DNA of 64,000 bases from an uncultured Gammaproteobacteria bacterium. GTDB lineage: Bacteria; Pseudomonadota; Gammaproteobacteria; JACCXJ01. The stretch's first letter is position 1. Each line of letters opens with the position of its first letter. The position numbers were made by a program, and so were the translations under genes. Location of the stretch: contig CAVXTM010000018.1 of the NCBI GenBank assembly GCA_963764725.1, positions 288,001 through 352,000 of the forward strand. Direction: 5' to 3'. Positions 53,656-62,935 of the stretch are shown here, piece after piece. The notes under the pieces were generated by a model. That model saw only the letters and a program-made list of their open reading frames with translations, was not told where the DNA came from and made no database searches.

Positions 53656-54759
53656 ATGGCAAATGAGGAGCACCTCGCGCTGCTCAAGCGTTCCGTACTC
53701 GGTGACGACTGGAATGCGTGGCGGACGGCGAACCCCGAGGTTCGCCCGGACCTCGTCGAGGCGCAATTCATCGAGGATGACCTGAGTTTCGCCGACCTTC
53801 ACGGGGCGGACCTTCGCGGTGCGATTCTAACAGAGGCGCGCCTCAGCAACGTGGACTTGAGTTTGGCGGACCTGAGCAACGCGAGCCTCGGCGACGCGTA
53901 CCTGTTCGGGGCGACCCTGAATCGGGCGGACCTGCGCGAGGCGGACCTGAGCGGAGCGAACCTCTTCGGCGTCACGCTGAGCGGGGCCGACCTGCGAGGG
54001 GCGAGCCTCAAATCGGCGAATATTAGCCGAGCCGATTTCAGCGGGGCCGACCTCAGTGATGCCGATCTCACAATTACCAACGCAGTCGAGACAAATTTTG
54101 CGAACGCCAACCTCACCGGCTGCCGCATCTACGGCATTTCCGCGTGGGGGCTGAAGTTGGAGATGGCCAAGCAGCAAAACTTGGTCATCACCACCGATGG
54201 CGAACCCGAGATCACGGTCGACAACATCGAGGTCGCGCAGTTCGTGTATCTCCTACTCCACAACCAGAAGATCCGTGATGCCATCGACACCATCACCTCC
54301 AAGGCCGTGCTCATCCTTGGTCGCTTCACACCGGAGCGTAAAGCGGTCCTCGACGCCTTGCGCAGCGGTTTGCGGGGCCGCGACTACCTGCCGATCCTGT
54401 TCGACTTCGATGTCCCAGCCACCCGGGACATCACCGAGACCGTCTCACTGCTGGCCCGCATGGCTCGCTTCATCGTTGCCGACCTGACCGATCCGAGCAG
54501 CATTCCTAAGGAGTTGGAAGCTATCGTCCCTGGCCTCGCGGTGCCCGTCCAACCGCTGCTCGAAGGCGCGGCCCGGCCCTACGCTATGTTTAAGGATTAT
54601 TGGAAATACGACTGGGTGCTCCCAGTGCATCGCTACGAGGGTCTTGATCCGCTGCTCGCGACGCTTGGCGAGAAGGTTATTGCACCTGCGGAAGCGAAGG
54701 TGAGAGCATTGGAAGAGCGACGGCGGATGATCGAAGCGGAACTGACCATGCCCAAATAG
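53656..54759 (+). CDS. Pentapeptide-repeat protein with C-terminal alpha/beta (TIR/NDT-like) domain
   Basis: A(D/N)L.. repeats at about aa 40-155; C-terminal VLILGRF..PILFDF..FIVADLT..IPKEL. Confidence 0.85.
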   Translation: MANEEHLALLKRSVLGDDWNAWRTANPEVRPDLVEAQFIEDDLSFADLHGADLRGAILTEARLSNVDLSLADLSNASLGDAYLFGATLNRADLREADLSGANLFGVTLSGADLRGASLKSANISRADFSGADLSDADLTITNAVETNFANANLTGCRIYGISAWGLKLEMAKQQNLVITTDGEPEITVDNIEVAQFVYLLLHNQKIRDAIDTITSKAVLILGRFTPERKAVLDALRSGLRGRDYLPILFDFDVPATRDITETVSLLARMARFIVADLTDPSSIPKELEAIVPGLAVPVQPLLEGAARPYAMFKDYWKYDWVLPVHRYEGLDPLLATLGEKVIAPAEAKVRALEERRRMIEAELTMPK

Positions 54760-54843
54760 GTCTCCAGCATCGCTATGTGACCGGTTTGCGGCGCGACCAG
54801 TCGACCTGCGTTCGACTGAGGGATAGGCGACGTTGTTCTCGGC

Positions 54844-55162
54844 TTGGCGGCGCGCAATTCCTGCAAGCGATCCCTGAGATCGATCTTGATCGCCTCGACG
54901 GCTTCGAGCAGCGTTTGCCGTGCGGTCACATAGTGTGTCTTGAGGCATTACGCTCGAGCAGGGCTTTGGTCGCTGAGAGGCGCATCTGCTCGATGTGCTC
55001 GTTAATCGTCGCGTCTTTCTCGATGTACGGTATGCGAGGCCGGGACGTAGGTTGGTAGTAGTCGTAATAGGGCTGATCTCCGGCCGGGCCGAAGTCGCAT
55101 TTCAGAACGAAGCTCTTTCTCATGGGGATTCTGTTGCGGCGCAAACTCAAGTATATTACACG
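54844..55162 (-). pseudogene. Internally deleted duplicate of the uvrB 5' region
   Basis: Three juxtaposed blocks match uvrB ~52757-52856, ~53189-53317 and ~53537-53628, including upstream sequence. Confidence 0.9.
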
Positions 55163-55302
55163 CCGTTTTGGCTTCCATCGTCAAAGCGGTCGAATCCGGC
55201 ATCCAGAAATCGTTAACTCGTTAAAGAGCCGGGACTTCGGCGTTCACCGCGGTGACAACGCCGGGAACGCTTGATCATAACCTTGCAAATGGAGGCTTTC
55301 GC

Positions 55303-56493
55303 TTGTCCGTGAGACTTTCCTATCGCGCCCTTTCGATCAAACCCTCCGCGACCCTCACCGTCGCGGCCCAGGCTACCGCTCTCAAGCAGGCCGGAAAAGA
55401 CATCATCAGCCTAGCCGCGGGCGAGCCCGACTTCGATACGCCGGAGCACATCAAGGCCGCGGCTATCAAGGCGATGCGGGAGGGGTTTACGAAATACACC
55501 GCTGTTGAAGGCACGCCGGCATTAAGGAAGGCTATCAGCGATAAATTTAAGCGCGAGAACGCGCTCGACTATCCGCCCAGCCAGATACTCGTGTCATGTG
55601 GGTGTAAGCACAGTATTTACAATCTCATGATGGCCGTGCTCAATCCGGGAGATGAAGTGATCCTGCCGGCCCCCTATTGGACCTCCTACCCCGACATGGC
55701 GAAGATTGCGGGCGCCGAGACGGTGATCATAAAAACCGGCCTCGACGAACGGTTTAAGATCAATCCCCAAAAGCTGCGGGCCGCGATTTCATCAAAAACG
55801 AGGCTCTTGATCCTCAATAGCCCCTCCAACCCGACCGGGGAATGCTATTCGCGCGGTGAGTTACGGGCCCTCGCAGAGGTGTTGTTGAGCCATCCGGAGA
55901 TCATCATCGCTTCGGACGACATTTACGAACATATTCTTTGGCAAGCGGAGCCGTTCGCGAATATTCTGAACGCTTGCCCGGAGCTGAGCGATCGTACCGT
56001 GGTCTTGAATGGAGTCGCCAAAGCTTACGCGATGACGGGATGGCGCATCGGTTATGCCGCCGGACCCAAAGCGGTCATTCAAGCCATGACCGTCCTGCAA
56101 TCGCAAAGCACCTCGAATCCGACCTCCATTGCCCAGGTCGCGGCGCAAGCCGCACTCGAAGGCGAGCAAGCGCTCGTGCGCGAGCGCTGCGCTATATTCA
56201 AGGAACGCCATGATCTGGTACTCGGGCGGATCAACAAAATACACGGTGTCGAGTGCGTCGCGGCGCAAGGCACTTTTTATGTCTTTCCGAACGTGCAAGG
56301 AGCGATTGGGCGGATGGCGGGCGTGAACAACGATGTCGCGCTCGCCGAGCAGTTACTCGAGCACACGGGTGTCGCCCTTGTTCCGGGGGCCGCTTTCGGC
56401 GCGCCGGGCTACTTGCGTTTATCTTTCGCCACCAGCACGGAGAATCTAATGCAAGCTCTCGATCGTATCGAGGGGTTCTTGGGCGCCAAGTGA
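55303..56493 (+). CDS. Class I/II PLP-dependent (aspartate) aminotransferase
   Basis: GEPDFDTP, NSPSNPTG, DDIY, K.YAMTGWRIG; GGAGG RBS before TTG at 55303. Confidence 0.93.
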   Translation: MSVRLSYRALSIKPSATLTVAAQATALKQAGKDIISLAAGEPDFDTPEHIKAAAIKAMREGFTKYTAVEGTPALRKAISDKFKRENALDYPPSQILVSCGCKHSIYNLMMAVLNPGDEVILPAPYWTSYPDMAKIAGAETVIIKTGLDERFKINPQKLRAAISSKTRLLILNSPSNPTGECYSRGELRALAEVLLSHPEIIIASDDIYEHILWQAEPFANILNACPELSDRTVVLNGVAKAYAMTGWRIGYAAGPKAVIQAMTVLQSQSTSNPTSIAQVAAQAALEGEQALVRERCAIFKERHDLVLGRINKIHGVECVAAQGTFYVFPNVQGAIGRMAGVNNDVALAEQLLEHTGVALVPGAAFGAPGYLRLSFATSTENLMQALDRIEGFLGAK

Positions 56494-56517
56494 TCCTATG
56501 CAAGGAGACCGCGCGCG

Positions 56518-57612
56518 ATGACGACCGACCCGAAGCCAGGCGCGGCCCTAGCTTCGGATCACGCCTATCAAACGCACATTCTGCAAGGCGTATCCAGGAC
56601 TTTCGCCTTAACGATCCCGGCGCTTCCGCCGGCGCTTTGCGGGGTCGTCGGAAACGCCTATCTGCTGTGCCGCATCGCCGATGTGGTCGAAGACGATAAC
56701 CAGCTACAACCCATGCAACAACGCTACTTCTCGAACCAGTTCGTGAGCGTCGTCGAAGGCGTCGAGGCCGCGGAGCGTTTTGCATCCGAGCTTTACCCGC
56801 TGTTATCAGCCGGCACGCCGGAAGCCGAGCGCGATCTGATCCGAAATACGGTTCGCGTCATCCGCGTTACCCACGGTTTTAACGCCCGCCAACGCCAGGC
56901 GCTTGCTCGCTGTGTGCGCATCATGGCCCAAGGAATGGCCGACTATCAACAACGCGAATCGCTCGATGGCCTTCCTGATCTCCCGGCTCTAGATGACTAC
57001 TGCTACTACGTGGCGGGCGTGGTCGGCGAGATGCTGACTGAGTTGTTTTGCGATTACTCACCGGAGATCAACGCGCGGCGCGATGAGCTCATGCGGCTTG
57101 CGGTATCATTCGGTCAAGGGCTCCAGATGACCAATATTCTTAAGGACATTTGGGAGGACGGCAAACGCGGCGCGTGCTGGCTTCCGCGTGATCTCTTCTT
57201 GGCGCGCGGCGTTACACTGGGCGATAAGATCCCAGGCGCATGCGACGCCGGATTCGGCGCTGGGCTCGCGCAACTCATCGGCATCGCCAAGGGGCACCTC
57301 GATAATGCCCTGACCTACACCCTTATTATTCCGTGCCATGAACCAGGGATCCGGAAGTTTTGTCTCTGGGCGTTGGGCATGGCGGTCCTAAGCTTGCGAA
57401 AGCTAAACAAGCACCGCGACTTCAGCGCGGGATCGCAAGTCAAGATTTCCCGTCGCAGCGTTAAGCTAACGGTAGGGATATCGAATCTCCTGGTGACTCA
57501 AGACAGGGTTCTAAGAGCGCTCATGAATATTCTCACAAGGGCTTTACCAGTCAATAACATTCATGAGAAACTTAATAAACTAAATTACAGCGCGGGTTCT
57601 CATACCTCGTAA
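56518..57612 (+). CDS. Squalene/phytoene synthase family protein (single-enzyme squalene synthase type)
   Basis: VSRTFALTI, CRIADVVEDD, YCYYVAGVVG, GLQMTNILKD. Confidence 0.88.
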   Translation: MTTDPKPGAALASDHAYQTHILQGVSRTFALTIPALPPALCGVVGNAYLLCRIADVVEDDNQLQPMQQRYFSNQFVSVVEGVEAAERFASELYPLLSAGTPEAERDLIRNTVRVIRVTHGFNARQRQALARCVRIMAQGMADYQQRESLDGLPDLPALDDYCYYVAGVVGEMLTELFCDYSPEINARRDELMRLAVSFGQGLQMTNILKDIWEDGKRGACWLPRDLFLARGVTLGDKIPGACDAGFGAGLAQLIGIAKGHLDNALTYTLIIPCHEPGIRKFCLWALGMAVLSLRKLNKHRDFSAGSQVKISRRSVKLTVGISNLLVTQDRVLRALMNILTRALPVNNIHEKLNKLNYSAGSHTS

Positions 57613-57710
57613 CACTGTGACACTGAGCGCACGATCAAGACCGGTAACGGTCAACTGGTGCCCGCATCAACGGGGTCACGAACACTCGAAGGCGCGCAAG
57701 GGGGCATGAC

Positions 57711-59648
57711 ATGATGAAACGATCCCTAGTCACCGAGGCCGAAGCTCGCGCCGACGCAGGGCGCGGGCGCGGCCCGTTAGAGCACGCCGTCGACAGGGCC
57801 CGCGCGGGACTCGAACGCCTCCAGAAGGAAGACGGCCATTGGGTGTTTGAGCTTGAAGCCGACTGCACCATCCCGGCCGAGTTTGTCCTCATGATGCATT
57901 TCATGGATGAAATCGATAGCGTGTTGGAGCAACGAATTTCTGTGTTTTTACGCAGTCATCAGGCCGAGCATGGTGGCTGGCCGCTGTACGCGGGCGGCGA
58001 CTTCGATATCAGTTGCTCGGTGAAGGTCTATTACGCGCTGAAGCTCATCGGCGACTCCCCGGAGGCCGCACACATGCTGCGAGCCCGTGAGGCCATCCTT
58101 GCCCACGGGGGCGCCGCCGCAAGCAATGTGTTCACGCGCATCACGCTGGCATTATTTGGCCAAGTGCCCTGGCGGGCCGTTCCGTTCATACCCGTCGAGA
58201 TCATGTTGCTGCCGCGCTGGTTCCCGTTTCATGTCTCGAAGGTGTCCTATTGGTCTCGCACCGTCATGGTGCCCTTATTCATTCTCTGCAGCCTCAAGCC
58301 CAAGGCGAAGAACCCGCGCGCCGTCGACATCCGCGATCTCTTTGTCACGCCCCCGGAAGAGGAGCAGGAGTACTTCCGTATGAAAACGCGATTGGGGCGC
58401 GTGTTTCTTGTGCTCGACCGGCTGGGTCGGGCGCTCGAGCCCCTGATTCCGAGGGCGGTACGCCGCTATGCGATCCAGCGCGCCGAGCGCTGGTTCACGG
58501 AGCGGCTTAACGGAACCGATGGCCTCGGGGGGATCTTCCCCGCGATGGTGAATGCCTACGAGTCCCTGGTTCTCCTCGGTTATCCCAAAGATCACCCCTA
58601 CTGCACTGAAACCAAAGAGGCTTTGAAGAAACTTCTGGTCACCGGAGAGGACTCGATATATTGCCAGCCTTGCGTCTCGCCCGTGTGGGATACGGCCATC
58701 GCGGCCCATGCCGTCTTCGAGGCGAACGGCCGGCGCGCGAGCGCCTCGATGCGCCGCGCCTTGAACTGGCTGCAAGAACGGCAACTCGGCGACGAGGCCG
58801 GGGATTGGCGCGAGACTCGCCCGGATCTCAAAGGCGGTGGCTGGGCCTTCCAGTACGCCAATCCCCATTATCCGGATCTGGACGACACCTCGATGGTCGG
58901 CTGGGCCATGTGCTTGATCGATCCGCAACGTTACAAGTGGTCGATCCATGCCGCGGCCGAATGGATTCACGGGATGCGATCAAAAAACGGCGGCTATGGC
59001 TCCTTCGACGCCGACAACACCTGTTACTATTTGAACCACATTCCCTTCGCGGATCACGGCGCTTTGCTCGACCCGCCGACCAGCGACGTCACGGCCCGCT
59101 GCATCGCACTGCTCGTGCTCGCGGGCGAACCGCGCTACAAAACCGCCATTGCCGCTGCGATCGAATTCTTAAGGAACGAGCAGGAAGCAGATGGCTCTTG
59201 GTTCGGCCGCTGGGGAACCAACTATATCTATGGCACCTGGTCGGTGCTCAGCGCCTTGCGAATCGCCGGTGAAGATCCCTCGCAACCCTATCTTCGGCGG
59301 GCGGTCGAATGGCTCAAGTCGATGCAGCAATCCGACGGCGGCTGGGGGGAGAGCAATGGCAGCTACTTCCCCCTCAAACGCGGCGAATACCATCCGAGCA
59401 CGGGCTTTCAGACGGCCTGGGCCCTGCTGGGTTTGATGGCGGCCGGCGAGGTAGACTCCGAGGCGGTGCGCCGGGGGATTGATTACCTACTCGCGCGCCA
59501 AGGCGCCGATGGTCTTTGGCACGATGAAAGCTTCACGGCGCCCGGTTTTCCTCGCGTGTTCTATTTGAAATACCATGGCTACACCAAGTACTTCCCGCTG
59601 TGGGCGATGGCCCAATACCGCAATTTAATGCCAGCCATTCGCGACTGA
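57711..59648 (+). CDS. shc: Squalene-hopene cyclase
   Basis: YPDLDDT (DxDD), QW repeats, GRWGTNYIYGT, GFPRVFYLKYH. Confidence 0.97.
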   Translation: MMKRSLVTEAEARADAGRGRGPLEHAVDRARAGLERLQKEDGHWVFELEADCTIPAEFVLMMHFMDEIDSVLEQRISVFLRSHQAEHGGWPLYAGGDFDISCSVKVYYALKLIGDSPEAAHMLRAREAILAHGGAAASNVFTRITLALFGQVPWRAVPFIPVEIMLLPRWFPFHVSKVSYWSRTVMVPLFILCSLKPKAKNPRAVDIRDLFVTPPEEEQEYFRMKTRLGRVFLVLDRLGRALEPLIPRAVRRYAIQRAERWFTERLNGTDGLGGIFPAMVNAYESLVLLGYPKDHPYCTETKEALKKLLVTGEDSIYCQPCVSPVWDTAIAAHAVFEANGRRASASMRRALNWLQERQLGDEAGDWRETRPDLKGGGWAFQYANPHYPDLDDTSMVGWAMCLIDPQRYKWSIHAAAEWIHGMRSKNGGYGSFDADNTCYYLNHIPFADHGALLDPPTSDVTARCIALLVLAGEPRYKTAIAAAIEFLRNEQEADGSWFGRWGTNYIYGTWSVLSALRIAGEDPSQPYLRRAVEWLKSMQQSDGGWGESNGSYFPLKRGEYHPSTGFQTAWALLGLMAAGEVDSEAVRRGIDYLLARQGADGLWHDESFTAPGFPRVFYLKYHGYTKYFPLWAMAQYRNLMPAIRD

Positions 59649-60358
59649 AGACCGCCTCGCTCGGGATCGTCACGGCGCTACCGGCCGAGGCGCGCTGCAT
59701 CGCGAAGGCGCTGGGCTGCGTTCCCGGACTGACGCGTCTCGGCGATACCTTGCTCTATGTCTCGGGGATCGGTCAGGCGCGCGCGCGCCAGGCCGCTGAA
59801 ACGCTCGTCGCGCAGGGGGCGCAGGCCTTGCTGAGTTGGGGCACGGCCGGTGCGTTGGCAAGCACATTGCGGCCCGGCGATGTTATCGTTCCCGACACCA
59901 TCCTGGTGTCAGACGTTCCGTTTCCGGTCAACGCGGCGTGGCGCGCCCGTTTGGCCGCGCGCCTCGCACAGCACCTCATAGTTCATCCCGGCGCCATGTT
60001 GCATACTGCTACCGTGATCCCGACTCCCGATGAAAAACGCATGTTGTTCGAGCGTACCGGCGCGCTCGCCGTCGATATGGAGAGCGGCGCGGTCGCCCAG
60101 GTGGCCCGCCGCGCGGGGATCCCCTTCGCCGCCCTGCGCGCCATCGTGGACCCGCAAACGACAGTGATCCCGGCCGCGGCGTTAGCCGCCATTGATGAGC
60201 TCGGATGCCCGAGGATAGCGCGCCTGCTCTCGGCCCTGGCACGCGAGCCGCGCGATCTCCTCGCATTAGTGCGGCTATCGGCGTGCTTCCGCGCTGGGCT
60301 CGCCTCGCTCAAACGCGCCGCCGGAATTGCCGGTCTATCGATCAGCCGTAGCGAATAA
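59600..60358 (+). CDS. hpnG: Hopanoid-associated nucleosidase/phosphorylase (HpnG-like); true start probably near 59645
   Basis: GIVTALPAEA, SWGTAGAL, AVDMES, RAIVD; directly follows shc. Confidence 0.8.
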   Translation: MGDGPIPQFNASHSRLKTASLGIVTALPAEARCIAKALGCVPGLTRLGDTLLYVSGIGQARARQAAETLVAQGAQALLSWGTAGALASTLRPGDVIVPDTILVSDVPFPVNAAWRARLAARLAQHLIVHPGAMLHTATVIPTPDEKRMLFERTGALAVDMESGAVAQVARRAGIPFAALRAIVDPQTTVIPAAALAAIDELGCPRIARLLSALAREPRDLLALVRLSACFRAGLASLKRAAGIAGLSISRSE

Positions 60359-60507
60359 GGCTGCGCTAAGCATGTTGGACGTTGATGAATAAGGGCGATT
60401 GGCGGTCACCGAGAGACTATACGTCGCCGGCTGGATACCGGGCGGCAGCGTCACTAATAGTTATGCGCCGCCGGTCAGGAGCGCTATTCCTAACTCCCCG
60501 GGAAGCG

Positions 60508-61971
60508 CTATGCGCGCGCGGGGCGCCACAGCCGGTACACCGGCAACCCGGCCAAGACCAAAAGCAGACCGAGCCCCGCGTTAAGGCGGGTCTTCTCGGC
60601 GAACAGCAGGACCAGACAGATGCAACCGGCCACGCCGATGTATACCGCCGGCAGGATGGGGTAGCCGAAGGCGCGGACCGCACGCTCGGCGCCCGCGCTC
60701 CGCCGGCGCAGCACGAACACCCCGGCGATGGTAAGCATATAGAAGAGCAAGACCACAAACACGATGTAGTCGAGCAGATTACTGTATAAGTTGCTGTATT
60801 GGCCGCTCGCACTGTCATAGGTGCGCGGCAGGGTGAGCACCGCGCTCCAGATGCCTTGAATGATCAACGCGATCCCAGGGACACAATACCTGTTCAAGGT
60901 GCCGATGCTTTTGAAGAACAAGCCATCGCGGGCCATCGAGTAATACACGCGCGCCCCGGCCAGGATCAAACCGTTATTGCATCCGAAGCAAGAAATCATG
61001 ATGGCGATGGCCATGATCGTCTGCGCATGTTCTCCCAAGATCACCTCGGCCGCGGCGACGGCGACGCGATCCTCGGCGGCATGTTGGATCGCCTCCATAG
61101 GAAGCGTGGCGAGATAGACCATGTTGGCCAATAGATACAGCAGAATCACCAAGGCTACACCGAAGGCCATGCTGAGCGGTACGTTGCGTTCGGGGTTCTT
61201 GACCTCACCCGCCGCGAAGGTGATGTTGTTCCAAGCATCGGCGGCGAAAAGGGCGCCGACCATGGCGGTCGCGATGACTGGGATCAATGCCACGGATCCG
61301 ATGGTTTCGCCGTTCGCGATCGGTGTCCAGAAATCGGCGTTATGCAGAGCGGCTTCGGGATGCTGTCCCGCCAGGAAACCTAAGCCGATCAAGCCGGCGA
61401 GAGCCCCGATCTTGGTAAGCGTGAAGAGAACCTGAATCCATTTACCGGTTTGCAGACCGGTGAGATTGGTGCAGGTGAGCAACAGAACCGAAAGGATCGC
61501 CACCAGTTGTTGGGTCGAGAGCGACAAGGAGAGATCGCCGACGCCGGGAAGCGCGAGCAAACCTCCGTCGAGGACCAGGTGATGCGGGGAGATCTCGGGC
61601 CACAAGACACCAAGGAAGCGCGAAAAGGCGATGGCGACGGCCGCAATGGTTCCGGTTTGAATCACGAGGAATAACGCCCAGCCGTACAGGAAAGCCCACT
61701 TCGATCCAAACGCTTCCCGCAGATACACATATTGCCCGCCGGCCTGGGGCAGCATCGCGGCTAGCTCGCCGTAGCTCAAGGCCGCAATCAGCGTTAATAT
61801 TCCCGTGATGATCCAAACCAGCAGCAGCCATCCCGGCGATCCCACCTGGCGCGCGATGTCGGCCGAGACGATGAAGATCCCCGAGCCGATCATCGAGCCC
61901 GCGACGATCATAGTCGAGTCGAGCAGACCCAAGCCGCGGACCAATTTTTTTTCGACAGGAATAACGCTCAA
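60508..61971 (-). CDS. APC-family amino acid permease
   Basis: GSMIGSGIF, AGGQYVYL, GEVKNPERN; about 12 TM segments. Confidence 0.93.
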   Translation of the reverse strand: MSVIPVEKKLVRGLGLLDSTMIVAGSMIGSGIFIVSADIARQVGSPGWLLLVWIITGILTLIAALSYGELAAMLPQAGGQYVYLREAFGSKWAFLYGWALFLVIQTGTIAAVAIAFSRFLGVLWPEISPHHLVLDGGLLALPGVGDLSLSLSTQQLVAILSVLLLTCTNLTGLQTGKWIQVLFTLTKIGALAGLIGLGFLAGQHPEAALHNADFWTPIANGETIGSVALIPVIATAMVGALFAADAWNNITFAAGEVKNPERNVPLSMAFGVALVILLYLLANMVYLATLPMEAIQHAAEDRVAVAAAEVILGEHAQTIMAIAIMISCFGCNNGLILAGARVYYSMARDGLFFKSIGTLNRYCVPGIALIIQGIWSAVLTLPRTYDSASGQYSNLYSNLLDYIVFVVLLFYMLTIAGVFVLRRRSAGAERAVRAFGYPILPAVYIGVAGCICLVLLFAEKTRLNAGLGLLLVLAGLPVYRLWRPARA

Positions 61972-62245
61972 ATTCGTCCCCTTTTCTCGTTAAACGATGT
62001 CAGCTATTGTCTCCCGACCGGGCCACACCTTCAACCGCATGGCTAGACATTCGCTTGCCCGGGAATGACCGCCCAGCCAACCCCAAGCCACGCCTAACCA
62101 ATTGCCCCAACTGCGCCTCACCGGTATTGAAAGCGGATCTCTAACGGCAAACCCTCAATCAGCCGTTTCTTGGGCCATTCCGTCTCCGGCATGATCGTAG
62201 GCAACACAGACATTGAGCGCACACTGTAGGGCAATCCCCTCAAGA

Positions 62246-62818
62246 TCACGACGCTGCAAGCACGACGGCGATGCCCTGAGCGAAGCCCTTGAGCGATCCG
62301 TTGATCGTCAAGACCTTGCCGGATTTCGAATCCTGAAACATCACCTCCATCGTGCGCGCAGCCTTGAGCTTGGCGATCACCTCCTCATCGATGGGCACCA
62401 CGGCGCGGCAGCCCGTCGGTGCGCACTCTAAGAGCTGCATCTTGAGCTCGTTTTTCTCCGGCACTCTCAGAGTGATGCCGTAGGGAATCGAGAGTCCGAG
62501 CGGGGCACTGACCTCGAGGTAGAATTTGCCGTCGCTCTTCGCCGCAATAAACTCGACGATCCTGCGGCCCTGATCGTCGGTGAGCGTCTGACGCAGCAGA
62601 CAATGCTGCGTGCCGTCATTGCCGGCCACGCACTCGACAACCCAGTCGCCGAACGTGATCGATTGGGGTTGTGCCTGTGGCAACGGATGAGCTTTCGGTT
62701 GGGATTGCGCCTGGGGTTGTAGGGGCGCCTTTGCACGGGCCTGCCCGGCAGAAGCTGGGCCGCTCAGAGCCGCGGCCAAGGAGAAGACGAGTGCCACGCC
62801 GAGAAAAGAGCGGTTCAC
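62246..62818 (-). CDS. Invasion-associated locus B (IalB)-family exported protein
   Basis: Signal peptide, FGDWVVEC..C..Q..PLG..C...GC..SLKGF. Confidence 0.85.
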   Translation of the reverse strand: MNRSFLGVALVFSLAAALSGPASAGQARAKAPLQPQAQSQPKAHPLPQAQPQSITFGDWVVECVAGNDGTQHCLLRQTLTDDQGRRIVEFIAAKSDGKFYLEVSAPLGLSIPYGITLRVPEKNELKMQLLECAPTGCRAVVPIDEEVIAKLKAARTMEVMFQDSKSGKVLTINGSLKGFAQGIAVVLAAS

Positions 62819-62935
62819 ACGTCTGGGTGCCCTGGTACGAATAGGAAGATCCGGAAGCCCATCATGGCAGGAGGCTATCAGATCGAAGCGCGGCTGTCCG
62901 TGGCTTCAAAGTTGGCCCTCGCCCGAAAGTCCTCG

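Noticed and set aside
53590-53802. 71-aa N-terminal extension of UvrB in the ORF track
   Set aside because: Overlaps the divergent pentapeptide gene; UvrB homology starts at the ATG at 53589
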